Of a stretch of 64,000 nt of DNA, positions 1 to 9,503 are shown piece by piece. Origin of the DNA: Candidatus Latescibacterota bacterium (lineage in GTDB: Bacteria; Latescibacterota; UBA2968; UBA8231); assembly GCA_965204725.1 (NCBI GenBank), contig OZ242005.1, forward strand, positions 3,264,001 through 3,328,000, written 5' to 3'. The translations under genes were made by a program, and so were the position numbers. The notes under the pieces are model-generated. The model did no database searches. It was not told the DNA's origin and worked only from the letters and a program-made list of their open reading frames with translations. Position 1 is the stretch's first letter. Each line of letters opens with the position of its first letter.

Positions 1-792
1 CACGTATTCAAAGGTGACGCCATAGCCGCGCCGAGTGAAAAATTCGCGCGCCACCGCCAATAGATCGGCGATCTTGTACTTGCGGTTGATCGGCATGAGT
101 TGCTCGCGCATCTCGTCGGTCGTGGCGTTGAGCGAAATGGCCAACCCCACGTTGAGATCTTCGGCCATGAGCCGGCGAATGCCCGGGATGTACCCCGCAG
201 TAGATACCGTGACTTTCCGCCCTCCCAACCCAATGCCCTGTTTTAGGCGCATCAGTTTTAGGGCGCGGACGACCGCTGAGTAATTGAGCAGCGGCTCGCC
301 CATTCCCATCATCACCACATTGGTCACCTTCTCGTTCCGCTCCCGGGCGAAGTGGTTGACCTGCAAGAGTTGATCGACGATCTGCCCGGCTTCGAGATTG
401 GCTATCATCCCCATGCGCCCGGTGGCGCAGAACTTGCAGTCGAGCGGGCAGCCTACTTGCGACGACAGGCAGGCCGTGCGCCGAGTGCCATCGACGATCA
501 GGACGGACTCGATGCGCTGCCCGGTGGGCAGCTCAAAGAGGAATTTGACGGCCTCGCCCGTAGCCGATTCTTGCCGCCTGACGAGGTTTAGGCAAGTAAT
601 GCGCGTCCGCGTGGCGAGCTTTTCCCGCAAAATTTTGGAGAGATTGGTCATCTCGCGGACATCGTAGATGCCCTTGGCATAGAGCCAATCGAGGAGCTGA
701 CCGGTGCGGTACACGGGTTCGTCGAGCTCGGCGACGAGCTGGTCAATCTCGTTGGGCAGCATAGATTTGAGGTCGTAAAGCTGACTAATCAC
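1..792 (-). CDS. rlmN: 23S rRNA (adenine2503-C2) methyltransferase RlmN, 3' end outside window
   Basis: Not in the ORF track; read manually on the minus strand from GTG at 792. Contains CLSSQVGCPLDCKFCATG (radical SAM CxxxCxxC), NVVMMGMGEP and VTFEYV. Confidence 0.95.
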   Translation of the reverse strand, partial: MISQLYDLKSMLPNEIDQLVAELDEPVYRTGQLLDWLYAKGIYDVREMTNLSKILREKLATRTRITCLNLVRRQESATGEAVKFLFELPTGQRIESVLIVDGTRRTACLSSQVGCPLDCKFCATGRMGMIANLEAGQIVDQLLQVNHFARERNEKVTNVVMMGMGEPLLNYSAVVRALKLMRLKQGIGLGGRKVTVSTAGYIPGIRRLMAEDLNVGLAISLNATTDEMREQLMPINRKYKIADLLAVAREFFTRRGYGVTFEYV

Positions 793-803
793 CTTAAAAG
801 TCC

Positions 804-833
804 TTGACGAATAAACGGCTTGGCATATATGTT
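804..833 (+). promoter_or_regulatory. Putative sigma70 promoter for the M23 peptidase, divergent from rlmN
   Basis: TTGACG at 804-809 followed after 16-18 nt by TATATGTT in an AT-rich intergenic stretch. Confidence 0.45.
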
Positions 834-900
834 AAGAGTTTGCTGATATTGGTCAACGGGCTCCCAACCGTTGCTAGCTCCCTTGTTTTCCCATCTATTG

Positions 901-2199
901 ATGAATATGCGATTCGGATTTGCCATCAGGTTCTGGGGCATTCTATTGGGCTTCCTCGCGCTCGCGCTTGGAGCGTTGTGCTTGGGGATGGCCTCTCAAC
1001 ACTCGGCGGCCACAACAGCCCATGCTCCGGCCGCCGTTGGGGAGCCGCCCTTTGTCGGCCCCCAGATTCCACCCCTGCCCGAAGACCCCACGCGGACGAT
1101 TGCCGACGTGCTGAGCTACGGGGATTCCATCGACCGCTCGCTCAAGCACCGCCGCGTCCCGAGCCGCCAGTTGGAGCGGCTGTACCAAGCGTTGTACGCG
1201 GTCTTCGACCCCGCTCAAGTCAAGCCGGGCGACTCCTACGAGGTCGTAATCGACTCCAGCGACGCCATTCGCCGCTTCCGCTACACGCCCCATCGCACCC
1301 CGGACCGCCCGATTGAGGTGGCGTTGCGCGACGGCCAGCTCGTCGGCCGCCAGCTACAATTGCCGCTGGAGCGACGGCGCGAGCGGCTCGAAGTACGCAT
1401 CGAGAACAACCTCTCTAACGCCATTCGCACGGCCGGGGAGGGCGGCGCGCTCAGCGACGCGATCGCCGACGACATATTCGGCGCAGTCATCGACTTCCAG
1501 CGCGACCCGCGCCGCGGCGATCGGCTGGGCATCGTCTTTGAAAAGCTCTACCTCGACGAGCGCTTTGTGCGCTACGGTCACGTCCTCTTGGCGCGCTACA
1601 AAGGCGAGCGAGTGACCAAGTTGGCGGTCCGCTATGCCCCGGCCGAGGGAGAGGACGCCTATTACGACGCCAGCGGTCGCTCCCTCGGCCGGATGTTCGT
1701 ACTCAAGCCCCTCAGAGCCAGCCGCATCACCTCGCGCTTCAACCGCCAGCGCTTCCATCCCGTCCTCAAAGAGCAACGCCCCCATCTGGGCACGGACTAC
1801 GGCGCGCCGACCGGCACCTTGGTGTGGACTACGGCCCGGGGGCAGGTGGCGTACGCCGGGCGGAAGGGCGGATACGGCAAGCTGGTCGAAATCGTCCATC
1901 CCAATGGCTACCGCACCCGCTACGCGCACCTGAGCAAGATATTGGTTCGCAAAGGTCAGCTCGTCGAGCAAAAAGACATCATCGGCAAAGTGGGTGCCAC
2001 CGGACTGGCGACCGGCCCCCACCTGCACTACGAAATCATCAAGGACGGCCGCCACATCAATCCCGAACGCATCAACACAGGCAGTGACGTCCCGACGCTG
2101 GCCGACGGTCTGTTGCCGGACTTTATCCAAAAGCGCGACGCGCTCTTGCACGTCCTCGATCTCGGCCCGCGCCACTTGGCTTTTCGCAGCGGCCCTTGA
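901..2199 (+). CDS. M23 family peptidoglycan endopeptidase (MepM/Csd3-like)
   Basis: N-terminal membrane anchor; HLGTDYGAPTGT (HxxxD), YAHL and GPHLHYE (HxH). Start uncertain (871/901/907). Confidence 0.92.
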   Translation: MNMRFGFAIRFWGILLGFLALALGALCLGMASQHSAATTAHAPAAVGEPPFVGPQIPPLPEDPTRTIADVLSYGDSIDRSLKHRRVPSRQLERLYQALYAVFDPAQVKPGDSYEVVIDSSDAIRRFRYTPHRTPDRPIEVALRDGQLVGRQLQLPLERRRERLEVRIENNLSNAIRTAGEGGALSDAIADDIFGAVIDFQRDPRRGDRLGIVFEKLYLDERFVRYGHVLLARYKGERVTKLAVRYAPAEGEDAYYDASGRSLGRMFVLKPLRASRITSRFNRQRFHPVLKEQRPHLGTDYGAPTGTLVWTTARGQVAYAGRKGGYGKLVEIVHPNGYRTRYAHLSKILVRKGQLVEQKDIIGKVGATGLATGPHLHYEIIKDGRHINPERINTGSDVPTLADGLLPDFIQKRDALLHVLDLGPRHLAFRSGP

Positions 2200-2235
2200 C
2201 ACGCCCTTTGCCCTAGTTTTATTGGCTGTCTCGCT

Positions 2236-2637
2236 ATGGAATTGAAGTCGCTGCAGGAGATCGAGAGCCTCGCCGAGCGCGACGGTCGCTACAAGAGGGA
2301 CGCGTACCTTTTTGTGTACGACGCGCTGGAGTACACGGTGCGCACGCTCGGCAAGGACGCCTTGCCCAACGAGAAGCGGCACATTTCCGGCCGGGACTTG
2401 CTCTTTGGCATCAGCGAGTACAGTGCCGATCAGTTTGGGCCGCTCACTTGCGCGGTCTTTGCCCACTGGGGCATTGAGCAGACGCGCGATTTCGGCGAAA
2501 TTGTCTTCAACTTGGTCAAAGCGAATTTGCTCCGCAAAACAGACGAGGACCGGATTGAAGACTTCGTCGATGTGTACGACTTTGCCGAGGAATTCGACTG
2601 GAAGAAGCGCAAGGCCGACCTCAAGCGCCTGCCCTAA
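2236..2637 (+). CDS. Minf_1886 / TIGR04138-like conserved protein
   Basis: Pattern AYLFVYDAL...RHISGRDLL...FGPL...WGI..TRDFGEIVFNLV...DRIEDF.DVYDF matches the family as I recall it. Confidence 0.75.
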   Translation: MELKSLQEIESLAERDGRYKRDAYLFVYDALEYTVRTLGKDALPNEKRHISGRDLLFGISEYSADQFGPLTCAVFAHWGIEQTRDFGEIVFNLVKANLLRKTDEDRIEDFVDVYDFAEEFDWKKRKADLKRLP

Positions 2638-2652
2638 GCGCGGGACGCGAAG

Positions 2653-3852
2653 ATGAAAATCGCCTATTTCGACTGCTTCTCAGGTATTAGCGGCGACATG
2701 ATCTTGGGTGCCCTGCTCGACGCGGGTCTCGCGCTGGCGGACCTCAACCGAGAAATCGCCAAGCTCGGCGTGCCGGGCGTCGCCATTGAGCGCGAACCCA
2801 CCGCCCGGCACGCCATTGCCGCCACGCGGGCCAAGGTCTGCGTGGCCGACGCGCCTTTGGCCGGTGCCGAGCACCATCTCGACCTGTCGGGCGAGCACGC
2901 CCACACCCATCTCAAAGACATAACTCGCTGCATTGACGGCAGCCGCTTAGACGGCGTTGTCAAGGAACGCTCCATGCGCATTTTTGAACGCCTGTGTGTA
3001 GCCGAAGCCGAGGTCCACAACGCCGCGCCGGCCGAAGTGGCCCTGCACGAAGTGGGTGCCCTCGACGCCCTGATAGACGTGGTAGGGGCCGTGGCCGGCC
3101 TCCAACTCTTGGAGGTGGACGAGGTCTGCGCTTCGCCGCTGCGCTTTGGTACGGGCTTTGTGCGCTGTGCGCACGGGTGCTACCCGGTGCCCGTGCCGGG
3201 GGTCGTGGCCCTCTGCCGCGGCGTGCCGACCGAGCAGACCGATATCCGCGCCGAACTCGTCACCCCGACCGGGGCGGCGATCATCACCACCTTGGCCCAG
3301 TCCTTTGGGCCGCAGCCGCCCTTCTGCCAACAGGCCGTCGGCTATGGTGCGGGCGGCCGCGACTTAGAGGCCATCCCCAATCTATTGCGCTTGCGCTTGG
3401 GCGAGCGAGCACCGACCAGCGAGCGCGTCCTGCTGATTGAAGCCAATATCGACGACATGAACCCCGAGGTGTACGGCTACCTCTTCGATCGGCTGCTAGC
3501 GCAGGGCGCGTGCGACGTGTACGCCGCGCCGGTCCTGATGAAAAAGGGCCGCCCGGGCAATGTGCTCAGCGTCCTCGCGCCGGCGGGTCGCCTAGACGAG
3601 TTGGCCGGAATCGTCCTGCGAGAAACAACGACCATCGGCCTCCGCTACTACGAGGTGGAACGCCGCGTCTTGGAACGCCAAGTCCAGACCGTTGCCACGC
3701 CGTACGGGGCGGTCGGCGTCAAGTTTAGCTGTATAGACGGCCGCCGCCGCGTCGCTCCTGAATACGAGGATTGCGCTCGGCTGGCCCAAGAGCACCAAGT
3801 GCCCTTGCTATCCGTATATGAGGCCGCTCAAACGGCCGCCACTAAGGAGTAA
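2653..3852 (+). CDS. larC: Nickel pincer cofactor biosynthesis protein LarC
   Basis: YFDCFSGISGDMILGALLD, His-rich segment, HEVGALDALIDVVG, ELVTPTGAA, NIDDMNPE, MKKGRPG, PEYEDC. Confidence 0.93.
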   Translation: MKIAYFDCFSGISGDMILGALLDAGLALADLNREIAKLGVPGVAIEREPTARHAIAATRAKVCVADAPLAGAEHHLDLSGEHAHTHLKDITRCIDGSRLDGVVKERSMRIFERLCVAEAEVHNAAPAEVALHEVGALDALIDVVGAVAGLQLLEVDEVCASPLRFGTGFVRCAHGCYPVPVPGVVALCRGVPTEQTDIRAELVTPTGAAIITTLAQSFGPQPPFCQQAVGYGAGGRDLEAIPNLLRLRLGERAPTSERVLLIEANIDDMNPEVYGYLFDRLLAQGACDVYAAPVLMKKGRPGNVLSVLAPAGRLDELAGIVLRETTTIGLRYYEVERRVLERQVQTVATPYGAVGVKFSCIDGRRRVAPEYEDCARLAQEHQVPLLSVYEAAQTAATKE

Positions 3853-4631
3853 TGACCATCATGTTGCGGTTAATCGTATGTGCGTTATGCGCGTTATGGC
3901 TGGTTCCCCTATCGAGCCAAGCGGCCGAATGGCCGGCTTATAGGGGCGATTTAGACGAATTCGACAACATACAGCACTTGCCGGCCGGCGAAGGCCCAGC
4001 CCGCCTCGTGCTCGGCGACAACGACGGCCGGATCCACGTCTATGAAGAGCGCGAAGGGCGCGACCAGACCTATGCCGAGGTGTGGGTCAGCGACTACCTC
4101 GAAGGGGCCGTGGCCGGCGTGTTCGTCCTCGACATCAACGACGACCCGCTCGAGGAGATCGTCGCCTATACCGACCACGGCCGCGTGTATTACTTCGACG
4201 CTCAGGACTACGCGCTCGTGTGGAGCAACTCGCCCAATGAATACGCCCGCATTACCAGCCTAACCATCGGCGACATTGACGATGACCCCCAGCCCGAGCT
4301 CGTGTTTTGCGCCGATGGGCGCTTGATCGTGTACGACGGCCGCGACCAGTACGAGCAGTGGCGCAGCGACCAAACCGACTTGACGGCCCATCAGATTCTC
4401 ATCGGCGATGTCGATGGGGACGACGAAGACGAAATCGTACTCAACGACGGCTACGTGTTCGACGCCCGGTTCTTCGACTTGGAATGGCAGTCGCCCGTGC
4501 CATTTGGCGAGCGCGTGGGCCTAATAGACCTCGACGAGGACCAGATTCCCGAGGTCGTCGGCGAGTCTCAGGGCCGCTACCTCCGCATCTTTGATATCGA
4601 TCTCCGGCGCGCCAAGTCGCTGGGGCGCTAG
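3852..4631 (+). CDS. Secreted FG-GAP/VCBS-repeat protein
   Basis: Signal peptide; repeated acidic loops DINDDPLEEIV, GDIDDDPQPELV, GDVDGDDEDEIV, DLDEDQIPEVV. Confidence 0.8.
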   Translation: MTIMLRLIVCALCALWLVPLSSQAAEWPAYRGDLDEFDNIQHLPAGEGPARLVLGDNDGRIHVYEEREGRDQTYAEVWVSDYLEGAVAGVFVLDINDDPLEEIVAYTDHGRVYYFDAQDYALVWSNSPNEYARITSLTIGDIDDDPQPELVFCADGRLIVYDGRDQYEQWRSDQTDLTAHQILIGDVDGDDEDEIVLNDGYVFDARFFDLEWQSPVPFGERVGLIDLDEDQIPEVVGESQGRYLRIFDIDLRRAKSLGR

Positions 4632-4641
4632 CGGCCCCGCC

Positions 4642-4673
4642 TTGACACTTGGGCGGCGACCGGCGTATATACT
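4642..4673 (+). promoter_or_regulatory. Putative sigma70 promoter for the isomerase-dpp operon
   Basis: Perfect TTGACA at 4642-4647 and TATATACT at 4666-4673; SD AAGGAG upstream of ATG 4709. Confidence 0.55.
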
Positions 4674-4708
4674 CCCGCCGATACAACCACCAACAAGGAG
4701 CGATTGCC

Positions 4709-5698
4709 ATGCGACCTGTCACCCTCTTCACTGGCCAGTGGGCCGACATACCTATTGAGACCCTCTGCCAACAGGCCGTTGAGTTTGGCTACGACGGTTT
4801 GGAGTTGGCCTGCTGGGGCGACCATTTTGAGGTGGACCAAGCCACCGATGCCTATTGCGAGGCCAAGCGCAAACTGCTCGCAAAACACGATCTAGCCCTG
4901 TTTGCCATTTCCAATCACCTCGTCGGCCAAGCCGTGTGCGACGCCATTGACAGCCGCCACCAAGCCATCCTGCCCCCGCGCATCTTTGGCGACGGCCGCC
5001 CGGAGGGCGTGCGCCAGCGAGCGGCCGAAGAGATGATCGCCACCGGTCGAGCGGCCGCCCGGCTCGGGGTCGAGGTGGTCAACGGCTTCACCGGCTCCTC
5101 GATCTGGCCGTTGCTCTATTCGTTTCCCCCGGTATCCCCCGATTTGATCGCGGCCGGCTATGCGGATTTTGCCGCGCGCTGGAAACCCATACTCGACCAA
5201 TATCAAGCCCTCGGCGTCAAGTTCGCGCTAGAGGTCCATCCCACTGAAATCGCCTTTGATACGGCCTCGGCCGAGCGCGCCATCCAAGCACTCGACGGCC
5301 ACCCGGCCTTTGGCTTCAACTACGACCCCAGTCACCTCGGCTACCAAGGCGTGGATTACGTCGAGTTCATCTACCGATTCAGCGACCGCATCTTCCACGT
5401 CCATCTGAAGGACGTAGGCTGGTCTGCGACGCCGACCGACGCCGGGGTCTTCGGCGGGCACACCGAGTTCGGCGACCGCCGCCGCTATTGGGACTTTCGC
5501 TCGTTGGGCCGCGGCAACATCGACTTCGAGGAAATCATCCGCGCCCTCAACCGCATCAACTATCAGGGGCCGCTGTCGGTCGAATGGGAAGACAGCGGCA
5601 TGGATCGCGTCCACGGCGCGACCGAAGCGGCCGCCTTTGTCAAACAGGTCGATTTCCCGCCCTCGGATCTGGCCTTTGACGCGGCGTTTGAGGACTAG
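4709..5698 (+). CDS. Sugar phosphate isomerase/epimerase (xylose-isomerase-like TIM barrel, AP_endonuc_2)
   Basis: [38 protein letters not shown] metal-binding pattern; SD-supported start at 4709. Confidence 0.88.
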   Translation: MRPVTLFTGQWADIPIETLCQQAVEFGYDGLELACWGDHFEVDQATDAYCEAKRKLLAKHDLALFAISNHLVGQAVCDAIDSRHQAILPPRIFGDGRPEGVRQRAAEEMIATGRAAARLGVEVVNGFTGSSIWPLLYSFPPVSPDLIAAGYADFAARWKPILDQYQALGVKFALEVHPTEIAFDTASAERAIQALDGHPAFGFNYDPSHLGYQGVDYVEFIYRFSDRIFHVHLKDVGWSATPTDAGVFGGHTEFGDRRRYWDFRSLGRGNIDFEEIIRALNRINYQGPLSVEWEDSGMDRVHGATEAAAFVKQVDFPPSDLAFDAAFED

Positions 5699-5700
5699 CC

Positions 5701-7260
5701 TTGCAGCGTCTCGTCGCTCTCCTGCTCGTCGTCCTGCTCATCGCTTGTGGCCGCGAGCAACGCCCGCAGCAGACCTTGGTTTTTGGCCGCGGCTCGGATT
5801 CGGTCGGGCTCGATCCGGCCATTGAAAACGACGGCGAATCGTTTAAGGTCTGCGACAATCTGTACGAGACGTTGGTGACCTACCACAGCGAGAGCACGGC
5901 TGTCGTGCCGCAACTGGCGCGTTCTTGGCACATTTCCGACGATCAGCTCGCGTGGACCTTCCACTTGCGGACGGGGGTCCTCTTCCACGACGGCACGCCC
6001 TTTAACGCCGAGGCCATGCTGTTTTCCCTCGGGCGGCAGCTATACAAAGACCATCCCTTCCACAAAGTCGCCGGCGCGTACAAGTACTGGCAGGCCATGG
6101 GCATGGACGACATCGTCGCCGCGCTAGAGGCCCCGGACGACTCGACCTTTGTCATCCGCCTCAAAGAGCCGCATGCTCCCTTTCTGGCCAACTTGGCGAT
6201 GAACTTCTGTGCGGCCGTCAGTCCCACCGCAGTGGCCCGGCACGGTCGCGATTATTTCAAAAACCCGGTCGGCACCGGCCCGTTCCGCTTTGTCGAATGG
6301 CGCAAGGACGAGCGCATCGTCTTGGAGCGCAACCCCGATTACTGGGGGCCCCAGCCGCCGCTCGATCGCCTAATTTTTAAGCCCATTCAGGAAGCCTCGG
6401 TGCGCTTCTTGGAGCTTTCGCAGGGCACGATCCACGGCTTTGACAACCTCAGCCCGGAGTACCTTGAGCCGATCCGCGCCGACCCCAATCTCCACCTCTT
6501 GACGCAGGCTGGCATGAACGTCGGCTACTTGGCCATGCACCTAGACAAGAAGCCCTTTGACGACGTGCGGGTGCGCCGAGCCGTAAATCACGCCGTGAAT
6601 AAGCAGGCCCTCGTGGATAATTTTTACGAGGGCTTGGCCATGCCAGCCAAAAACCCCATCCCGCCGACCCTGTGGAGCTATAACGACACCATTGCTGGCT
6701 ATGACTATGATCCGGCGAAAGCGCGGGCCTTGCTGGCCGCAGCCGGTTATGCCGAGGGCTTTGCGACCGAGTTGTGGGCCATGCCGGTGCCGCGGCCCTA
6801 TATGCCGCAGCCGGGCAAGATCGCCGAGGCGATTCAGGCCGATCTCGAAAAGGTGGGAATTCACGCCCGCATTGTGTCTTGGGAATGGGGCACGTACTTG
6901 GACAAGGTGTTCGACGGTCAGCACCAGATGGCGTTGTTGGGTTGGACCGGCGACAACGGCGACCCAGACAACTTCCTCTACGTGCTCCTCGACTCGACCG
7001 CGGCCGTCAAGCCGGCCCAGAATATCGCCTTCTACCGCAGCGTGGAGCTGCACGACGCCCTCGTCGCGGCTCGCCGTTCAACCGACCGCGCCGAGCGCAC
7101 GCGGCTCTACGCCCAAGCGCAGGAAATCGTCCACCGCGACGCCCCGTGGGTTCCCCTAGTACACGCGACGCAGACGGTGGTTTTCCAGCACCGCGTCACG
7201 GGCTTCAAGCTGCATCCCACCGGCAGCAAGTGGTTTCACAGCACCGCGCTGGCCCCTTGA
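5701..7260 (+). CDS. dppA: ABC transporter substrate-binding lipoprotein, family 5 (DppA-like)
   Basis: Lipobox LIAC; LYETLV, FHDGTPFNAE, PVGTGPFRF, MPVPRPYMP, GWTGDNGDPDNF. Confidence 0.9.
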   Translation: MQRLVALLLVVLLIACGREQRPQQTLVFGRGSDSVGLDPAIENDGESFKVCDNLYETLVTYHSESTAVVPQLARSWHISDDQLAWTFHLRTGVLFHDGTPFNAEAMLFSLGRQLYKDHPFHKVAGAYKYWQAMGMDDIVAALEAPDDSTFVIRLKEPHAPFLANLAMNFCAAVSPTAVARHGRDYFKNPVGTGPFRFVEWRKDERIVLERNPDYWGPQPPLDRLIFKPIQEASVRFLELSQGTIHGFDNLSPEYLEPIRADPNLHLLTQAGMNVGYLAMHLDKKPFDDVRVRRAVNHAVNKQALVDNFYEGLAMPAKNPIPPTLWSYNDTIAGYDYDPAKARALLAAAGYAEGFATELWAMPVPRPYMPQPGKIAEAIQADLEKVGIHARIVSWEWGTYLDKVFDGQHQMALLGWTGDNGDPDNFLYVLLDSTAAVKPAQNIAFYRSVELHDALVAARRSTDRAERTRLYAQAQEIVHRDAPWVPLVHATQTVVFQHRVTGFKLHPTGSKWFHSTALAP

Positions 7261-7263
7261 GCC

Positions 7264-8274
7264 ATGTACCGCTTCGTCCTCAAGCGGCTCATCGCGCTCT
7301 TGCCGACGCTGGCGGGTATTTCGCTTCTAGTTTTTCTGATGCTCTATTTGGTGCCGGGGGATCCGGCCCAAGTCATGCTCGGAGAGCGCGCCAATGCCGA
7401 GAGCTTGGCCGAGTTGCGCGCGACCATGGGCCTCGACCAGCCCTTCCACGTGCAGTTTTACCGCTTCTTCACCGGCCTGTTGCGCGGCGATCTCGGCCGC
7501 TCGATTCGCACTCACGAGAAAATCACCACCGAACTCGTCCAGCGCTTCCCGGCCACCTGCGAGCTAACGGTGGCGAGTATGCTGCTGGCCGTGGTGGTCG
7601 GCATCGCGGCCGGCCTGTGGGCGGCTGTGCGGCGGGGCAAAATCGCCGATCTCCTCAGCATGATCTTGGCGACGGCTGGCATTTCCATTCCGGTATTTTG
7701 GCTGGCCCTGATGCTCGTGTTGCTGTTGGCCTTTTACGTGCCGCTCTTTCCGGTGTCCGGCCGCTTGAGCACGGATATTTACTTTGAGCCGATCACCTAT
7801 TTCTACGTAATCGACACCCTTTTGCAGGGCGATTTCGCGGCCTGCGGCGACGTGCTGTGGCACCTCTTCCTGCCGGCCCTGACCTTGGGGACTATTCCCA
7901 TGGCCGTCATCGCCCGCATGACCCGCGCCAGCCTGATCGACGTCCTCGGCGAGGACTACATCCGCACGGCTTGGGCCAAGGGCCTGCAACAGCGGGTGGT
8001 GATTGTGCGCCACGCCCTGAAAAACGCCTTCATCCCCACGCTCACGGTCATTGCCCTCGAATTTGGCTACCTGCTCGGGGGCGCGGTTATCACCGAGACC
8101 ATCTTCGCTTGGCCCGGGGTGGGCCGCTGGCTCTTTTTAGCGGTGCAGGCGCGCGACTTCCGCGCAGTGCAGGGCGGGGTTTTGCTGCTGGCCGCGGTCT
8201 TTGTGCTGGCCAACCTCATCGCCGACGTACTCTACGCTTGGCTGGACCCGCGGATACGCTATGACGAGGAATAG
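7264..8274 (+). CDS. dppB: Peptide ABC transporter permease DppB
   Basis: PGDPA, GLDQP, GDLGRS, DYIRTAWAKGL, ETIFAWPGVG, C-terminal DPRIR. Confidence 0.92.
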   Translation: MYRFVLKRLIALLPTLAGISLLVFLMLYLVPGDPAQVMLGERANAESLAELRATMGLDQPFHVQFYRFFTGLLRGDLGRSIRTHEKITTELVQRFPATCELTVASMLLAVVVGIAAGLWAAVRRGKIADLLSMILATAGISIPVFWLALMLVLLLAFYVPLFPVSGRLSTDIYFEPITYFYVIDTLLQGDFAACGDVLWHLFLPALTLGTIPMAVIARMTRASLIDVLGEDYIRTAWAKGLQQRVVIVRHALKNAFIPTLTVIALEFGYLLGGAVITETIFAWPGVGRWLFLAVQARDFRAVQGGVLLLAAVFVLANLIADVLYAWLDPRIRYDEE

Positions 8275-9503
8275 TTACCGCAAACTTCCGGGTGCTGCTT
8301 CAGGTATTCGAGCAAGGCTTCCGCAGCCCACTGGTGGCCAACGGCGTTCCAGTGGGCGTCGTGCGGCCAATTCGCGTCTTCTGGTCTGGCCCCTTGACGG
8401 AGGATGTAGTCGTATTGGTCAATGACGGGGATGCCCCGCGCCTCGGCCATGCTGTTCATCTGATCAAAGAGGAACTTCCCGGCACCTTTCCGGCGATGGG
8501 ACGCCAAGATCACCAAGGCGACCCCGTCGCGGTCTGTGCGTTCCTTGAACTGATCGAGGGCGAACCCCGTGCAGTGGAAGGCTTCCTCAAAGGCAGGCCC
8601 CTCCGTAGGCAATTGCGTTGTTGGCGTCCACCTATCGAGAAGGGGGGCATAGCGGGGACGCTGGCTCAGAAGCTCCGCCCATTCGGTGAGTCGAGGATGG
8701 GCATGGTATGGAAAGAAGGCCCTCCTCTTCGCAGCGAGGTAGTTTGCGAACCGGGAAACCCGCCTCAGGTATGATATGAGACGTTCTTGCAAGGACCGCG
8801 GTCTCCACAGAGGAAACTTGTGCGCCCGCCAGTCGGGATCAGGGGGGCGCAGTTCCACCGTTCCGTCTGCCCGTCTGGCCGCAGACATCCACGGCGAGTG
8901 ATCCGGGTCCCGGCCGGCATCGAATGCTTGCAGAATCGCGGAGTTGTCTCGGAAGTCGTTCAGGGCGAAGACCAAGACTAAGAGCTTGGGGCGCAGATGC
9001 CGGGCGAACCCATCGTAAAACGGCAGTTGATTGATCTGCCCGGTAGCAGGAAGCCCGAATGCCGAGGTCGTGATGTCGAGATGGGGTACTGCCCGAGCCG
9101 CGAGTTGCTCCAGCCGGACTTGAAATTTGTCGGCGATGGGAACTTGCTCCGCATCGACATAGGAATCGCCGATTATGGCGATGTGGCAACTCTCGGCGGC
9201 GCGTTCGGGGGTCGGGGGTTCTCGGTCTGCGAAGCCCAGACTGTTGGTGCGGGAAACGGTCCAGAAATCGAGAAAATTCGTATGGCGGATCTCCGCGTTG
9301 GGTCGCCTGATGAGTCCCACCTTGGGAACAAAGCGAAAGGTATGGACTCGGTTGGTGAACGGCCACGGATGAATCAGGCGGAAATACGCCTCCCCGGCGA
9401 TTGCAATCAGGACCAGCCCGGCGATGAACAACAACACATTCCCGCCGACCAATTGCAGCATGCGGCGGATGCGTGACTTACTGCGTCGCAAGGCGATGCC
9501 CAA
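8259..9503 (-). CDS. Membrane-anchored SGNH/GDSL hydrolase-like protein
   Basis: N-terminal TM helix; IIGDSY (block I), NDFRDN, DAHWN (DxH). Overlaps the dppB 3' end convergently. Start may be 9461. Confidence 0.75.
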   Translation of the reverse strand: MGIALRRSKSRIRRMLQLVGGNVLLFIAGLVLIAIAGEAYFRLIHPWPFTNRVHTFRFVPKVGLIRRPNAEIRHTNFLDFWTVSRTNSLGFADREPPTPERAAESCHIAIIGDSYVDAEQVPIADKFQVRLEQLAARAVPHLDITTSAFGLPATGQINQLPFYDGFARHLRPKLLVLVFALNDFRDNSAILQAFDAGRDPDHSPWMSAARRADGTVELRPPDPDWRAHKFPLWRPRSLQERLISYLRRVSRFANYLAAKRRAFFPYHAHPRLTEWAELLSQRPRYAPLLDRWTPTTQLPTEGPAFEEAFHCTGFALDQFKERTDRDGVALVILASHRRKGAGKFLFDQMNSMAEARGIPVIDQYDYILRQGARPEDANWPHDAHWNAVGHQWAAEALLEYLKQHPEVCGNYSSS

